NCBI GenBank assembly: GCA_963764165.1
Contig: CAVXRD010000001.1
Location: forward strand, 1,152,001-1,216,000
Direction: 5' to 3'
Length of the DNA stretch: 64,000 nucleotides
From: an uncultured Verrucomicrobiae bacterium
GTDB lineage: Bacteria > Verrucomicrobiota > Verrucomicrobiia > Limisphaerales > Palsa-1400
This document shows positions 43,367 to 53,863 of this stretch, one piece after another (position 1 is the stretch's first letter; each line of letters opens with the position of its first letter). The notes under the pieces are model-generated. The model was not told the origin of the DNA. It ran no database searches and saw only the letters and a list, made by a program, of their open reading frames with translations. Position numbers and translations under genes: made by a program.

Positions 43367-44561
43367 ACGTGTATTTTCGCGGCGGCGGCAGTTTCCAGCG
43401 CAAACTCTGGCTCAAAAAATGGCAGGGCAGCGCGATCATCGCCGCGCACACCAGCCAGCGAACCGGAACGGCGGCGGCGGATTGCCAGGCGCCTGACCAA
43501 AACCAAACAGCACCCACGATCAGATTGACGAGCGCCAGCGGCGTCAGGAATCGCCAGGAAAAATTCAACAATTGATCGAGCCGCAAACGCGGCAGCGTAG
43601 CCCGCACCCAGATGAACATGAAAATAATCGCGGCAAATTTCGCCGCAAACCAGATCCACGATGGAATCCATTCCAGCCAGCTAAACGGCGCGTGCCATCC
43701 GCCGAGGAAGAGCGTCACGGCCAGTCCCGTCATGGCGAACAATCCAAGATATTCGCCGAGGAAAAACAGCGCGTATTTGAATCCCGAGTATTCCGTTAGA
43801 AATCCGGCGATGATTTCCGATTCGCCTTCCGGCAAATCGAACGGCGCTCGATTTGCTTCCGCCGTGGCCGCAATTAAAAATAAAAACAGGCCGGCCGCGC
43901 CCCATGGTTTGAAGACGTTCCAGCATTCCAGTCCGCCGAACGTGAGCGCGCCCTGTTGCGCAACGATGTCATTGAGCGAAAGCGATCCGGCCAGCATCAG
44001 CACCGGAACCGCCGAGAGAATCAGCGGCACTTCGTAACTGATCATCTGCGCGATGGCGCGCATCGCGCCGACCAGCGAGTATTTATTCTGGCTCGACCAG
44101 CCCGCCATGAACACCGCGAGTTCTGATCCCGAGCCGATGGCGAAGAAAAACAGAATGCCCGCGTCAAGATCAATGGCTGTCATGTTGCGCCCGAACGGCA
44201 GCACGGAAAACGCCAGCCAAACCGGAACCGTCAGCGCGAGGGGCGCGAGAAAATGCAGCGGCTTGTCGGCGGAAAATGGAACGATGTCTTCCTTGGTGAG
44301 CATCTTAAGTCCGTCAGCCATCGGCTGCAACAAACCCCACGGGCCTACACGATTTGGGCCGTAACGGTTTTGCATGCGCCCGAGGAGCTTGCGCTCGGCT
44401 AAAGTTGTGATGGCGAACGCGCCTCCGAAGACTCCCATGGTTGCGGCGATGGCCAGCACGGCGAGCACCCACGGCTGCATCGTGGCTGGGAACCAGCCGG
44501 AAATCACGTGGCCAAGCGAAACAAAAATTTGATCGCCGCTGCTCCAGTAAGTAACGCTCAT
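43356..44561 (-). CDS. nuoH: NADH-quinone oxidoreductase subunit H
   Basis: ERKLLGRMQNRYGPNRVGPWGLLQP.ADGLK, RAPFDLPEGESE, PRLRLDQ. Confidence 0.95.
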   Translation of the reverse strand: MSVTYWSSGDQIFVSLGHVISGWFPATMQPWVLAVLAIAATMGVFGGAFAITTLAERKLLGRMQNRYGPNRVGPWGLLQPMADGLKMLTKEDIVPFSADKPLHFLAPLALTVPVWLAFSVLPFGRNMTAIDLDAGILFFFAIGSGSELAVFMAGWSSQNKYSLVGAMRAIAQMISYEVPLILSAVPVLMLAGSLSLNDIVAQQGALTFGGLECWNVFKPWGAAGLFLFLIAATAEANRAPFDLPEGESEIIAGFLTEYSGFKYALFFLGEYLGLFAMTGLAVTLFLGGWHAPFSWLEWIPSWIWFAAKFAAIIFMFIWVRATLPRLRLDQLLNFSWRFLTPLALVNLIVGAVWFWSGAWQSAAAVPVRWLVCAAMIALPCHFLSQSLRWKLPPPRKYTYAE

Positions 44562-45163
44562 TTCGCACCTCCGGGCGGTGGCGCAGCAGCGGCAGGCGCG
44601 GGTTTCGGGGCGGCGGCTTTGGCTGCTGCAGCGGCTTCGGCTTTTTTCTTGTCCTCTTCGCGGCGGACGTCGATTTCGCCGGCTTCGGTTTTGTGCAACT
44701 TGTTGAAATAGTCGTTGGGCTTGGCGAGTTGCGTTTTGTCCAACAGCAAGCCCGCAAAACGATCCCTGGTGCTTAGCTCGAAAACCTGATCCATTTTAAT
44801 CGCGTCGAACGGACAGACTTCAGCGCAGATGCCGCAGCTCATGCAGACGGAAATATCAATATCGAACACTTTGGGCTGCATCTGCAATTTGCCGACGTAA
44901 TCAGGCTTCTTGACTGCGTCTTTCACTATGTAAATGCACTGCGGCGGGCACTCCTTTTCGCAAATCATGCAGGCAGTGCAGCGCAATCCGGCCATTGGAT
45001 CGCTGCCGTCAAATACAAGGAACGGAATTGTGCGCGCGTTCTCGACCGGCGCGAGCCGCTCCTCTGGATATTGGATGGTGGTGAGGCGCTCTTTGTCGTG
45101 GAAACTTCCGGCGAAATTCCGCGCCGTCTCCACCAAGCCTTTGATGATGCCCGAGCCGTTCAT
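44558..45163 (-). CDS. nuoI: NADH-quinone oxidoreductase subunit I (2x[4Fe-4S])
   Basis: TIQYPEE, CTACMICEKECP, CMSCGICAEVCP. Start MNGSG at 45163. Confidence 0.92.
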   Translation of the reverse strand: MNGSGIIKGLVETARNFAGSFHDKERLTTIQYPEERLAPVENARTIPFLVFDGSDPMAGLRCTACMICEKECPPQCIYIVKDAVKKPDYVGKLQMQPKVFDIDISVCMSCGICAEVCPFDAIKMDQVFELSTRDRFAGLLLDKTQLAKPNDYFNKLHKTEAGEIDVRREEDKKKAEAAAAAKAAAPKPAPAAAAPPPGGAK

Positions 45164-46296
45164 TAGCGATCCACCTCTCCGAGGACAATATCCACGCTTC
45201 CCAAAATGACGACCGCGTCGGCAATGGTCTGGCCAATGCACATATCCTCCAACACCGTCAAATTAATCAAACTCGGCGGACGCACTCGGTAGCGGTAGGG
45301 ATTCGGCCCGCCGTCGCTGATCAAATAAAATCCAAGCTCACCCTTCGGCCCTTCGATGCGCCCATAAGCCTCGCCCGCCTTGGGGCGCAGGTTCCGCAAT
45401 TTGGATTTCGGATCCATGATCGGCCCGGCTGGAATGTCCCGCAGCGCCTGATCGAGAATCTTGAGCGATTCGCGCATTTCCAAAATGCGAATCATGTAGC
45501 GGTCAAACACATCGCCGCGCTCGCCGAGCGGGACGCGAAAATTGAACCGCCCATACACGCCATATTTGTCGACCTTGCGGATGTCATAATTGACGCCGCA
45601 CGCCCGCAGCATTGGCCCGGTGACGCCGGCGCTGACGGCCAATTTCGGCGTGAGCACGCCAACGCCTTCGGTGCGCGCCTTCAAAATTTCGTTGCCCGTC
45701 AGCAACGCTTCGAATTCTTCCAGGAATTTCGGAAAATTCGCGACGACGAGTCGAGCCTGCTCTATCCAGCCCGGCGGAAGATCGCAGCGGCAGCCGCCGA
45801 AACGCATGTAATTGCACATCATGCGAGCGCCGGTCAGCGACTCAAAAAGGTCAAGTATTTTTTCCCGCTCGCGGAAGGCATACATCAGTGGCGTCCCGAG
45901 CGCGCCCATGTCCTGCAGCAAAAATCCCGCGAGCGCCGAGTGGTTGATAAGGCGGGTGAGTTCGGCAAGGATGACCCGGATGTATTCGGCGCGCTCCGGC
46001 GGCGTCAACCCGGCCATTCTCTCCACCGTCATGCAGTAGGCCCAATTGTTTGTCAGCGAACAGATGTAATCCAATCGGTCCGTGTAAGGAATGGAAGCGA
46101 GGTAGCTGCATTTTTCCGCGATTTTTTCGTGATTGCGGTGCAGGTAGCCGAAGACCGGCTTCAATTTCACCACCGTCTCGCCATCGAGCGCGACATCCAT
46201 CCGAAACACGCCGTGGGTCGACGGATGCTGCGGACCCATCGAAATTTCCAGCAGTTGCCGGTCGGGCGATTCAGCGGGAAGGACGGTCGCGTTCAT
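45163..46296 (-). CDS. nuoD: NADH-quinone oxidoreductase subunit D
   Basis: [40 protein letters not shown]. Confidence 0.96.
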   Translation of the reverse strand: MNATVLPAESPDRQLLEISMGPQHPSTHGVFRMDVALDGETVVKLKPVFGYLHRNHEKIAEKCSYLASIPYTDRLDYICSLTNNWAYCMTVERMAGLTPPERAEYIRVILAELTRLINHSALAGFLLQDMGALGTPLMYAFREREKILDLFESLTGARMMCNYMRFGGCRCDLPPGWIEQARLVVANFPKFLEEFEALLTGNEILKARTEGVGVLTPKLAVSAGVTGPMLRACGVNYDIRKVDKYGVYGRFNFRVPLGERGDVFDRYMIRILEMRESLKILDQALRDIPAGPIMDPKSKLRNLRPKAGEAYGRIEGPKGELGFYLISDGGPNPYRYRVRPPSLINLTVLEDMCIGQTIADAVVILGSVDIVLGEVDR

Positions 46297-46925
46297 GCGG
46301 GCGAGCCTCCGGGGTAGTGCTGCTTGGCGCGAGTCAAAACGGCGTCGTGCGGCGTCGGCTCGTATTCGTAATCGTCGGGCTCGACGTAATCCTTGCGCAT
46401 CGGGTGGTCGGTGAATTCATCCCACATGAGAATGCGGCGCAAATCCGGATGGCCTTCAAAAATTATCCCGTATAAGTCAAAAATTTCGCGCTCCTGAAAA
46501 TCGCAACTGCGCCAGACCGGCGTCAGCGAAGGCAGCGTCACTTTGTCCGTGCGATTTTCCGTGCGCATCCGGATGATGACGGGGCCGTGCTTGAGCGCCA
46601 TCGAATAAAGGTGATAAACGGCCTCAAGATAAGCGGGTGTTTTCTTTTCGACTGTCTCTTCAACTTCCTTCTCCACGCCATCGACCGTCTTCTTGACCTT
46701 GATTTTTTCCTTCAGCGTTTTTTCGGGCCAATCCACGCCGGTGACGTTGGAAGCGTAATCGAATTGCAAGGCCGGGTCGTCGCGCAAAAATTCGGCCAAC
46801 TTGCGCGCCGCGGCGGACTCGACCAGCAGCGATGGCTGATTGGCCGCGCTGCCATTGGGAATAATTTCCAATCTGGCGCCGACGGCGGCTTCGATGCGAG
46901 CCTTCAATTGTTCGAGAGGTTCCAT
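46293..46925 (-). CDS. nuoC: NADH-quinone oxidoreductase subunit C
   Basis: [29 protein letters not shown]. Confidence 0.94.
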   Translation of the reverse strand: MEPLEQLKARIEAAVGARLEIIPNGSAANQPSLLVESAAARKLAEFLRDDPALQFDYASNVTGVDWPEKTLKEKIKVKKTVDGVEKEVEETVEKKTPAYLEAVYHLYSMALKHGPVIIRMRTENRTDKVTLPSLTPVWRSCDFQEREIFDLYGIIFEGHPDLRRILMWDEFTDHPMRKDYVEPDDYEYEPTPHDAVLTRAKQHYPGGSPA

Positions 46926-46955
46926 CAGAATTTGCACACCCCTGTCCGCTCCAAG

Positions 46956-47056
46956 GTAGGGACGCCTCGCCGAGGCGTCCGGTTGCGTGGGGACATGTTT
47001 AACGCGTTGCGCGTAAATAACGCCTCAACCCGGACGCCTCGGCGAGGCGTCCCTAC
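46956..47056. repeat. GTAG-family REP doublet inside the nuo operon (between nuoB and nuoC)
   Basis: GTAGGGACGCCTCGCCGAGGCGTCC ... GGACGCCTCGGCGAGGCGTCCCTAC, a perfect inverted pair. Confidence 0.9.
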
Positions 47057-47088
47057 CAGCGTTGGGTTTGCGAAAGTCTTTATCGCTG

Positions 47089-47706
47089 TCATTCCTTGCG
47101 CTCCATCGGCGGCGGCTGCCACAAGGCGGGATTGTTGGGCGGTTCCAAATCGTGTTTGCCGAATTCCGGGATGGGGAATTCGCCCGGCGCATCCGCGTTC
47201 AGGTGTCGCGGGCGCTGTTCGCCGGTGAGGTGCTGCTTGGAAATTTTCTCCTGCAACGCCATCAACGCCTGCAGCAACGCCTCCGGGCGCGGCGGGCAAC
47301 CGGGAATATGTATATCCACCGGAACATAACGATCGATGCCCTTGAGGACGTTGTAACCTTCCTTGAACGGACCGCCGGAAATCGCGCAAACGCCCATCGC
47401 AATGACGTATTTGGGCTCCGGCATCTGGTTGTAGAGCCGGACAATTTGCGGAGCCATCTTCTTGGTGACGGTTCCGGCCACGATCATTAGATCCGCCTGG
47501 CGCGGCGAGGGCCGAAACACTTCCGCCCCAAACCGCGCGATGTCGAAACGAGCCATAGAGGTCGCGATCATTTCAATGGCGCAACAGGCGAGTCCGAACT
47601 GGAGCGGCCAAAGCGAATTCTTGCGGCCCCAATTGTAAAGCTCTTCGATAGTCGTGGCCACCACGCCCTGGCGGCTGAGTTCGTTGCGGAGTCCTTCGTC
47701 AATCAT
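47089..47706 (-). CDS. nuoB: NADH-quinone oxidoreductase subunit B
   Basis: [32 protein letters not shown]. Confidence 0.96.
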   Translation of the reverse strand: MIDEGLRNELSRQGVVATTIEELYNWGRKNSLWPLQFGLACCAIEMIATSMARFDIARFGAEVFRPSPRQADLMIVAGTVTKKMAPQIVRLYNQMPEPKYVIAMGVCAISGGPFKEGYNVLKGIDRYVPVDIHIPGCPPRPEALLQALMALQEKISKQHLTGEQRPRHLNADAPGEFPIPEFGKHDLEPPNNPALWQPPPMERKE

Positions 47707-47713
47707 AATTAAA

Positions 47714-48085
47714 TCATCTTCGGAGGACGACCCCTTTCACACACAACCAGACCAATCCCTCGACCAGCAGGAGGACAAAAAGCAGCATGCCGATGCACGC
47801 GCCCACCGGAAGCCCCTTGAAAGCCGCCGCAAAGGGCAAAAGAAAGATCGATTCGACGTCGAAGACGAGAAACACGATGCCGTAGAGATAGTATTCGGAT
47901 TGAAATTGCACCCAGCCGGTGGCCTTGGAGTCCAGCCCGCATTCGTAATTGGCGTTTTTCACCGGGCCGGATTTGCGCGGGGAAAATTTCTTGGCCCAAA
48001 GCCAGGCCAGAGCAAGAGGAGTGATCCCTGCCAGGATACCGAAGACCGCAAAGAGCGTCAGAAATGAGTATGGGCCAACTTTCAT
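47714..48085 (-). CDS. nuoA: NADH-quinone oxidoreductase subunit A
   Basis: [20 protein letters not shown]. Start MKVGPY at 48085. Confidence 0.93.
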   Translation of the reverse strand: MKVGPYSFLTLFAVFGILAGITPLALAWLWAKKFSPRKSGPVKNANYECGLDSKATGWVQFQSEYYLYGIVFLVFDVESIFLLPFAAAFKGLPVGACIGMLLFVLLLVEGLVWLCVKGVVLRR

Positions 48086-48341
48086 TCGGTCGCACTCAAA
48101 TGCCTCACAAATGAGGCGCTGGCAAGAACGAAAAAGGCGTCCAGCCACTGGCATAAATGACGTTTCATGCTGGGATAAGCGTGAGCCATCCCCAGGCATC
48201 CCCTCTCGCTCTTTCTTGCGATTTTAAAGCCAAGTCTTGTTTTGTTCCGTTGAATGCCTCATCTGTGGGAAAAAGCTGGCGGGGGCGCACTTATGCAGCT
48301 TAAGCAACCGGAGCCGTGGCAATGCCCAAAAACGCCAAACG

Positions 48342-51300
48342 CTATGGCGCCGCGATTAGAGCGAAGAACTGCTCCGCATTCGTGCCGACCGCAAAGGTGA
48401 CCGTGTTATTGGTTCCAATGACGGCGATGCCGTTGGTCACGGGTGACCAGACGGAGGGCTGACTGAGGTTTGTCGTCTGGCTCAACACAAATCCGGTCAG
48501 GTTCGTTGGCCACGAAAAAACGAGATTGGGGAAATTGTTGGAAAATTGCAGCGTCGGCACGGTGATGCTGGCCGCTAGATTAGTCGGTTGTATTAGAACG
48601 TAATTAGAAGCACTGGCTCCGCCAAGGGTCATTCCGCTCACGATCACGGCGATGTTGCTGCCCGGAGCTGCCTGGGCGAAATTGGCGATGTAACCGTTGG
48701 TGTTCAACGCCACGGCGCCGCCACCGAAAATGCCCGCCAAAACCACATTGTTGGAAGTGAGCGTTGCGGTCGTCGTCCGGTCATAGATTTTACTATTCGC
48801 CGCAAGGCCGGAAATGACGGTCACCGGCGCTGGGACGATCTTCAGCGACGTTGCGCCGTTGGAGGCCGAGGAGAAACCGGAATCGCCGGCGTAGGAATAG
48901 CTTATCGGCAGCGAATTGCTGCTGGCGGGAAGCACGGGCAACGTGAAATTAATGGCAAAATCGCCGGTGCTGTCGTCAATAGTCGTGGTTTGGGTGTTCC
49001 CGTTGATGGTCACCGAGATCGTTTCGCCTTGGGCGGGATAAGCAGCCGCACTCGCCTCGCCGACTTTGCCGGTCAGCACGACGTTGGTCGTCCCGTAAGT
49101 GATCGATGTGCTGGCAGCCAAGCCCGAGAAAGACGGCGTGGCTTCGATCACTTGCTGGACCGGCTCAAAGCCAAACACCGTGCCATAGCCGTAACCGCCA
49201 ACCTCTCCACTTGCCCCAAAAAGGTTGAAGCCTGATTGCAGTAATCCGGACTGCAGCCGCCCTCCGTAGTTGTAGCCTGGGATGCCCCCCGACAACTCCG
49301 CGAAATTATACAAGGTGTTGAACGCAGAGCCATTGGTGGCAACCGAAAATGCCGTGCCAGAGCCTTTGCTCCCACCGGAAAAGGTCGTCCCGTAGAAATT
49401 GGTTCCCGATAAAAAAAGGGAGGCCTCGGGATATTCGCCATCGGAGCCGTTGAATCCATGGACGACAGTGAACCCCGTGCCATTGGTGGTGATCGAGAAA
49501 ACCGTGCCATCACTGTGCGCGCCATTACGACCACCTGTGACGCCCGACGCCGTGCCATAGAGTGTGCTGCCCAATAAGATCATCGCGGCCTGCGGCCCAG
49601 CTCCGTCGACGCCGTTTGTGAAATTGTAAAGGGTCGTGAAGGCCGTGCCGTTGGTTGTGACGGAAAAGATCGTGCCGTAGTTCGAACTGCCGCCTTCAAG
49701 AGCCGTTCCGTAAAGGGTGTTGCCCGACAAAATCAATCCAGCCTCCGGATAGGCTCCGTCGGCATTGGTTCCAGGGTCGTCAGTGCCAGGAATAATGTCC
49801 GTCGTGAAACTATGCAGGATCGTGAAGCCCGTGCCATTAGTCGTCAGAGAGAAGACTGTCCCACTGCCGCCACTGCCCTCGGACGCCGCCGTTCCATAGA
49901 GGGTGTAGCCAGATAAAACCAAGGAGGCCATGGGATGGTATCCGTCGGTGTTGTTGGTGAACCTATGCAGGGTCGCAAATCCCGCGCCATTGGTGCTGAT
50001 CGAGAAAATCGTAGCAGAGGTGCCGGCTTCGCCGGAGGCCGTCCCATACAGGGTTGCACCAGATAGAACCAATCCCGCGCAGGGAAAACTCCCATCGGCG
50101 CCGTTGGTAAACGTATACAGTATTGTGAATCCCGTGCCGTTTGTGTTAATGGAAAAGATCGTGCCGTAGTTGTTCGAACTCGCCCCTTCGGCTGAGGTCG
50201 TCCCATACAAGGTGCCGCCCGCTAAAACCAAGTTGCCTAACGGATCGGCCCCGTCCACACCGTTGGTGAAGACATACAGGTTTACCAAGCCTGGAGGCAA
50301 TGCTCCATTGGCGGGGAAGTAATTCCCGTCTCCGCTGTAGGCCGCAGTAACGGTGTAATTGCCAACCGGCAGGGTTGTTGGCAGGGCCGGGCTTTTGGCA
50401 ATCCCGCCGGAAAGAGCCGCCGCCGCGCCGAAGTTCACCCCATTGGTTTGAAATTGGACCGTTCCCGTTGGCGCCACGCCGACACCCGTCACATTCGCTT
50501 GGAAGGTCACGCCGGTCTGCCCGTAGACCGATGGGTTGGAAGAGGAAGCCAACACCATCGCACTGTTAGTTTGGCCGACCACGACGCTGACGTTGGTAGT
50601 GGCGGTGCCATAATCATTTGTATCCGCCGGGGTGAATGTCACGCTTTCGGAATTGGTGCCTGCGGCGGGCACGGTCGCAGGCGAGGTGAAGGCAAACGTT
50701 CCCGGCACGCTCGCCGACCCTCCGCTGAGGACCGAATTGCTCAGGGCCTGCCCGTAATTGAGGGGGGAGGCGGAGGGCGCCGCCGTAATCGAAGGCGGAG
50801 GCTTGGCGTTTACTACGACAATGACGTTGGTGACGGCGGTGGTGTAATCGGTCAAGTCCGCAGGTGTGAAAGTGACGCTCTCGGAATTCGCGCCTGTGCC
50901 GGGCACAGTTGCAGGCGACGTGAAAGCAAAGGTCCCGGAAGTATCCGCAGCCCCTCCACTAAGGACCGAATTGCTCAAGGCCTGGCCGTAAATGAGGGCG
51001 GAGGCGTTGGGCAACGTCGTGATCAAAGGTGTGGCCCGGCTCACAACTTGTTGTCCAGAGCTTAATTGAAGATCGAATACTGTGCCCGAGCCCACACTGC
51101 CGCCCTCGGAAGCCGTTCCATAAAAGGTGTCTCCAGATTGAATCAAACCGGCGTTCGGAGAAGCTCCATCAGCGCCATTGGTGAAGCTATATATGGCTGC
51201 AAAGCCTGTGCCATTGGTGACGACGGAAAAGACCGTGCCATCCATCGAGGCGCCGCCGCTATAAGCCGTCCCGTAGAGGGTGTTGCCCGATAAAACCAGC

Positions 51301-52511
51301 GTGCAGTACGGATACGCTCCATCGGCGCCGCCGGTGAAACTATACAAAGTGGCAAAGTCCGAGCCATTGGTCGCAACGGAAAAAACTGAGCCTTCGCCCG
51401 AGATGCCGCCATAACTGGCCGTCCCAAACAAGGTGCTGCCTGAGAGAATCAAACCGGACTCTGGACCGCCTCCATCGGCGTCCCCGGTGAAACTATACAA
51501 GGTGGCAAAGTCCGCGCCATTGGTGGTGAGAGAATAGAGTGTGCCATTGTAGGAAAAGCCCCCTTCAGAGGCTGTCCCATACAGGGTGTTCCCCGATAAC
51601 ATTAAGCCGCCATATGGAGAGGCTCCGTCATCGGCGCCAGTGAAAGCATGCAGGTTGGCAAAGCCCGTTCCGTTAGTCTTAAGGGAAAAGACCGTGCCAT
51701 TGTGCGAATGGCCGCCTTGGTAGGCCGTTCCATACAAAGCGCCCCCTGATAAGATCACTCCGCTGTAGGGATACCTTCCGTCAGCGCCATTGGTGAACGA
51801 ATACAGATTGGTAAAGCCGGCGCCATCGATGTTGATGGAAAAAACCGTGCCATAATGAGCATGGCCGCCCTCATAGGCCGTCCCATACAAAGTGTTGCCC
51901 GACAAGAACAATTGGCCATATGGGTATCTTCCGTCAGCGCCATTGGTAAACGCATACAGGGTTGCAAAGCCTGTGCCATCGGTATTGACGGAAAAAATCG
52001 AACCTGCGTAGAAACTGCCACCGTAATAGGCGGTTCCATAGAGGGTGTTGCCTGACAGAACCAATGAGGAATAGGGCGAGGCGCCGTCGGTCTCGCCGGT
52101 GAAGCCATACAAAGATGTGAATGTGGAGCCGCTGGGCAATCCGCCACTGCTCGGCGCGTAGGTTCCGTCCCCGCTGTAGGCCGCGGTAACGGTGTAACCG
52201 CCCGCGGGCAATGTCGTCGGCAAAGCAAGGCTGGTGGCGCTGCCGCCCGAAAGTGTCACCGCGCTGCCGAAATTCACTCCGTTGGTTAGAAATTGCACCG
52301 TGCCCGTTGGCGTCGCGCCTCCGCCAGCGACCGTGGCGGTGAACGTGACCCCGCTCTCTCCATAATAGGAGGGATTGGCCGTCGAACGGACAGTTGTGAC
52401 ACTAGTGGCCTGTGCGAGCGCGTTCCGTGCGGAAAAAGCCATGAGCAGACATAAGGCGGCTGTGATTCTTTGGAGGATAACTGGAGACAGAATTTTGGAG
52501 GCAGTTTTCAT
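48342..52511 (-). CDS. Secreted surface protein: two 7-repeat GloVer-type propellers, Big_3-like Ig domains, YDG-like domain, C-terminal sorting-like domain
   Basis: Signal peptide (..ARNALA); 7+7 repeats F.TLYSFT.G.DG..P...L.LSGNTLYGTA..GG...GTVFS; TPTGTVQF..YSGDG Ig units; ANSKIYDRTT. Start 52511 or 52544. Confidence 0.9.
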   Translation of the reverse strand: MKTASKILSPVILQRITAALCLLMAFSARNALAQATSVTTVRSTANPSYYGESGVTFTATVAGGGATPTGTVQFLTNGVNFGSAVTLSGGSATSLALPTTLPAGGYTVTAAYSGDGTYAPSSGGLPSGSTFTSLYGFTGETDGASPYSSLVLSGNTLYGTAYYGGSFYAGSIFSVNTDGTGFATLYAFTNGADGRYPYGQLFLSGNTLYGTAYEGGHAHYGTVFSINIDGAGFTNLYSFTNGADGRYPYSGVILSGGALYGTAYQGGHSHNGTVFSLKTNGTGFANLHAFTGADDGASPYGGLMLSGNTLYGTASEGGFSYNGTLYSLTTNGADFATLYSFTGDADGGGPESGLILSGSTLFGTASYGGISGEGSVFSVATNGSDFATLYSFTGGADGAYPYCTLVLSGNTLYGTAYSGGASMDGTVFSVVTNGTGFAAIYSFTNGADGASPNAGLIQSGDTFYGTASEGGSVGSGTVFDLQLSSGQQVVSRATPLITTLPNASALIYGQALSNSVLSGGAADTSGTFAFTSPATVPGTGANSESVTFTPADLTDYTTAVTNVIVVVNAKPPPSITAAPSASPLNYGQALSNSVLSGGSASVPGTFAFTSPATVPAAGTNSESVTFTPADTNDYGTATTNVSVVVGQTNSAMVLASSSNPSVYGQTGVTFQANVTGVGVAPTGTVQFQTNGVNFGAAAALSGGIAKSPALPTTLPVGNYTVTAAYSGDGNYFPANGALPPGLVNLYVFTNGVDGADPLGNLVLAGGTLYGTTSAEGASSNNYGTIFSINTNGTGFTILYTFTNGADGSFPCAGLVLSGATLYGTASGEAGTSATIFSISTNGAGFATLHRFTNNTDGYHPMASLVLSGYTLYGTAASEGSGGSGTVFSLTTNGTGFTILHSFTTDIIPGTDDPGTNADGAYPEAGLILSGNTLYGTALEGGSSNYGTIFSVTTNGTAFTTLYNFTNGVDGAGPQAAMILLGSTLYGTASGVTGGRNGAHSDGTVFSITTNGTGFTVVHGFNGSDGEYPEASLFLSGTNFYGTTFSGGSKGSGTAFSVATNGSAFNTLYNFAELSGGIPGYNYGGRLQSGLLQSGFNLFGASGEVGGYGYGTVFGFEPVQQVIEATPSFSGLAASTSITYGTTNVVLTGKVGEASAAAYPAQGETISVTINGNTQTTTIDDSTGDFAINFTLPVLPASSNSLPISYSYAGDSGFSSASNGATSLKIVPAPVTVISGLAANSKIYDRTTTATLTSNNVVLAGIFGGGAVALNTNGYIANFAQAAPGSNIAVIVSGMTLGGASASNYVLIQPTNLAASITVPTLQFSNNFPNLVFSWPTNLTGFVLSQTTNLSQPSVWSPVTNGIAVIGTNNTVTFAVGTNAEQFFALIAAP

Positions 52512-52855
52512 GGGTCTGGTCGTCTTTAGCGGCAGAAAATGCACGCCAAGACGTTATTGCTCAACAATTAAAGACGCACCCATTCTTCTCGTCTCAAATA
52601 AGACACAGGATCGAACGGGAAAACAATTGATGGCCGCCTGTATATCCAAAAAGCCATGAACGGTCAATAAGTTTTTTTAATAAATTATTTGATCTGTAAT
52701 CCATTTCGATTCCCAAGCTGGCAAGAGGCTGTCCAGACACAGATTTTCGCAGATGAACGCTGATTCTCTGATGAAGCGGCCTTTTCGGAAATCCGCCTGA
52801 AGAAAGCAAGCATGACACCTGGCAGAGCACCGCATCGAATGTGCATATAATCTCG

Positions 52856-52943
52856 AAAAACCCGCTACACCCGCTACATCGTTGATTATCAACCAGATAA
52901 ACCGCTACATTGGGCGCTACATGGCCGCTACAAACCCGCTACA
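52856..52943 (-). repeat. Hexamer-array module copy C (TGTAGC x4, core, x2, T5) on the minus strand
   Basis: GCTACA at 52938, 52927, 52916, 52904, 52873 and 52864; minus-strand core TATCTGGTTGATAATCAACGA; AAAAA at 52856-52860. Confidence 0.88.
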
Positions 52944-53053
52944 TTCGATGCAAGGTGATCCAATCGAATAAAAAATATGCTTCCATGGCCCCTTATGCTT
53001 TCACCTCGCGAGCGTTGGCCATGGTTCATTTCACCGAAAACGACAAGGAACCC

Positions 53054-53857
53054 TTATATTTGGAAATCCGCTTTGCGGGACATGAAGGTATGAATGCCGC
53101 ATTCCACCTTTTTGAATCCGATCCAGCGCCCGGCCCGCTCGTCTTCGCCATCGGCCGTCTTGCGCGTGCAAGGGGCGCAGCCGATGGAGGCGTATCCGGC
53201 GTCGTGCAGAGGGTTGTAAGGAATATGATGGTCACGGATATATTGCCAGACCTCCTCGCGCGACCATTTCGCCATCGGGTTCAGCTTCACGATGTCCGTT
53301 CCGCCCTGCGCGTCCAGCGAGTATAATTCGACGACGCCAATGTCCTTGCGCGAACTGGCCTGGTGGCGGCGGAGGCCGGTGATCCAGCAATCCAGTTCGC
53401 GCAATTTGTTTTGCAGCGGCAGCACTTTTCGCGAAGTGCAGCACAAATCCGGATCTCGCTTCCAAAGCTCCGGCCCTAGCGCCTCGGCCTGCTGTTCGAC
53501 AGAGAGGTCCGGGATGATCGACTGAAACTTGCAGCCATAGAAATCTTCCAGCCGCTTGTGCAATTCAATCGTTTCGGGGAAAAGCAACCCGGTATCCAGA
53601 GTGAAAATCGGAAAATTCAATCCGGCCATTTTCGCCAGGTGCATCATCACCAGGCCGGAGCCTTGGAAGCTTGTGCCTATGGCCGCGCGCTTGCCGAATC
53701 GCTTCCACGCCCAGCTTAAGATTTCCTCGGGAGCACTGTCCTCGAATTGCGCGCTGAGCCGGGCGATGTTGCGCGCGTTCAATGGCGCGGCGTCGCCCAG
53801 CGGCTCTTCGGCAGGCGGGGCGATTTCGGAGGGCGGAATTTCAAGGGACGTTTCCAC
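53054..53857 (-). CDS. cysH: Assimilatory adenylylsulfate (APS/PAPS) reductase, Fe-S-containing type
   Basis: LDTGLLFPET, CC..RKV.PL, SIGCAPCT, ERAGRW, ECGIH. Confidence 0.93.
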   Translation of the reverse strand: METSLEIPPSEIAPPAEEPLGDAAPLNARNIARLSAQFEDSAPEEILSWAWKRFGKRAAIGTSFQGSGLVMMHLAKMAGLNFPIFTLDTGLLFPETIELHKRLEDFYGCKFQSIIPDLSVEQQAEALGPELWKRDPDLCCTSRKVLPLQNKLRELDCWITGLRRHQASSRKDIGVVELYSLDAQGGTDIVKLNPMAKWSREEVWQYIRDHHIPYNPLHDAGYASIGCAPCTRKTADGEDERAGRWIGFKKVECGIHTFMSRKADFQI

Positions 53858-53863
53858 GGAGAT

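Noticed and set aside
48342..52511. Diversity-generating retroelement acting on repeat proteins
   Set aside because: No reverse transcriptase gene and no near-identical TR/VR pair with adenine-specific differences were seen; the repeats are ordinary diverged protein repeats.
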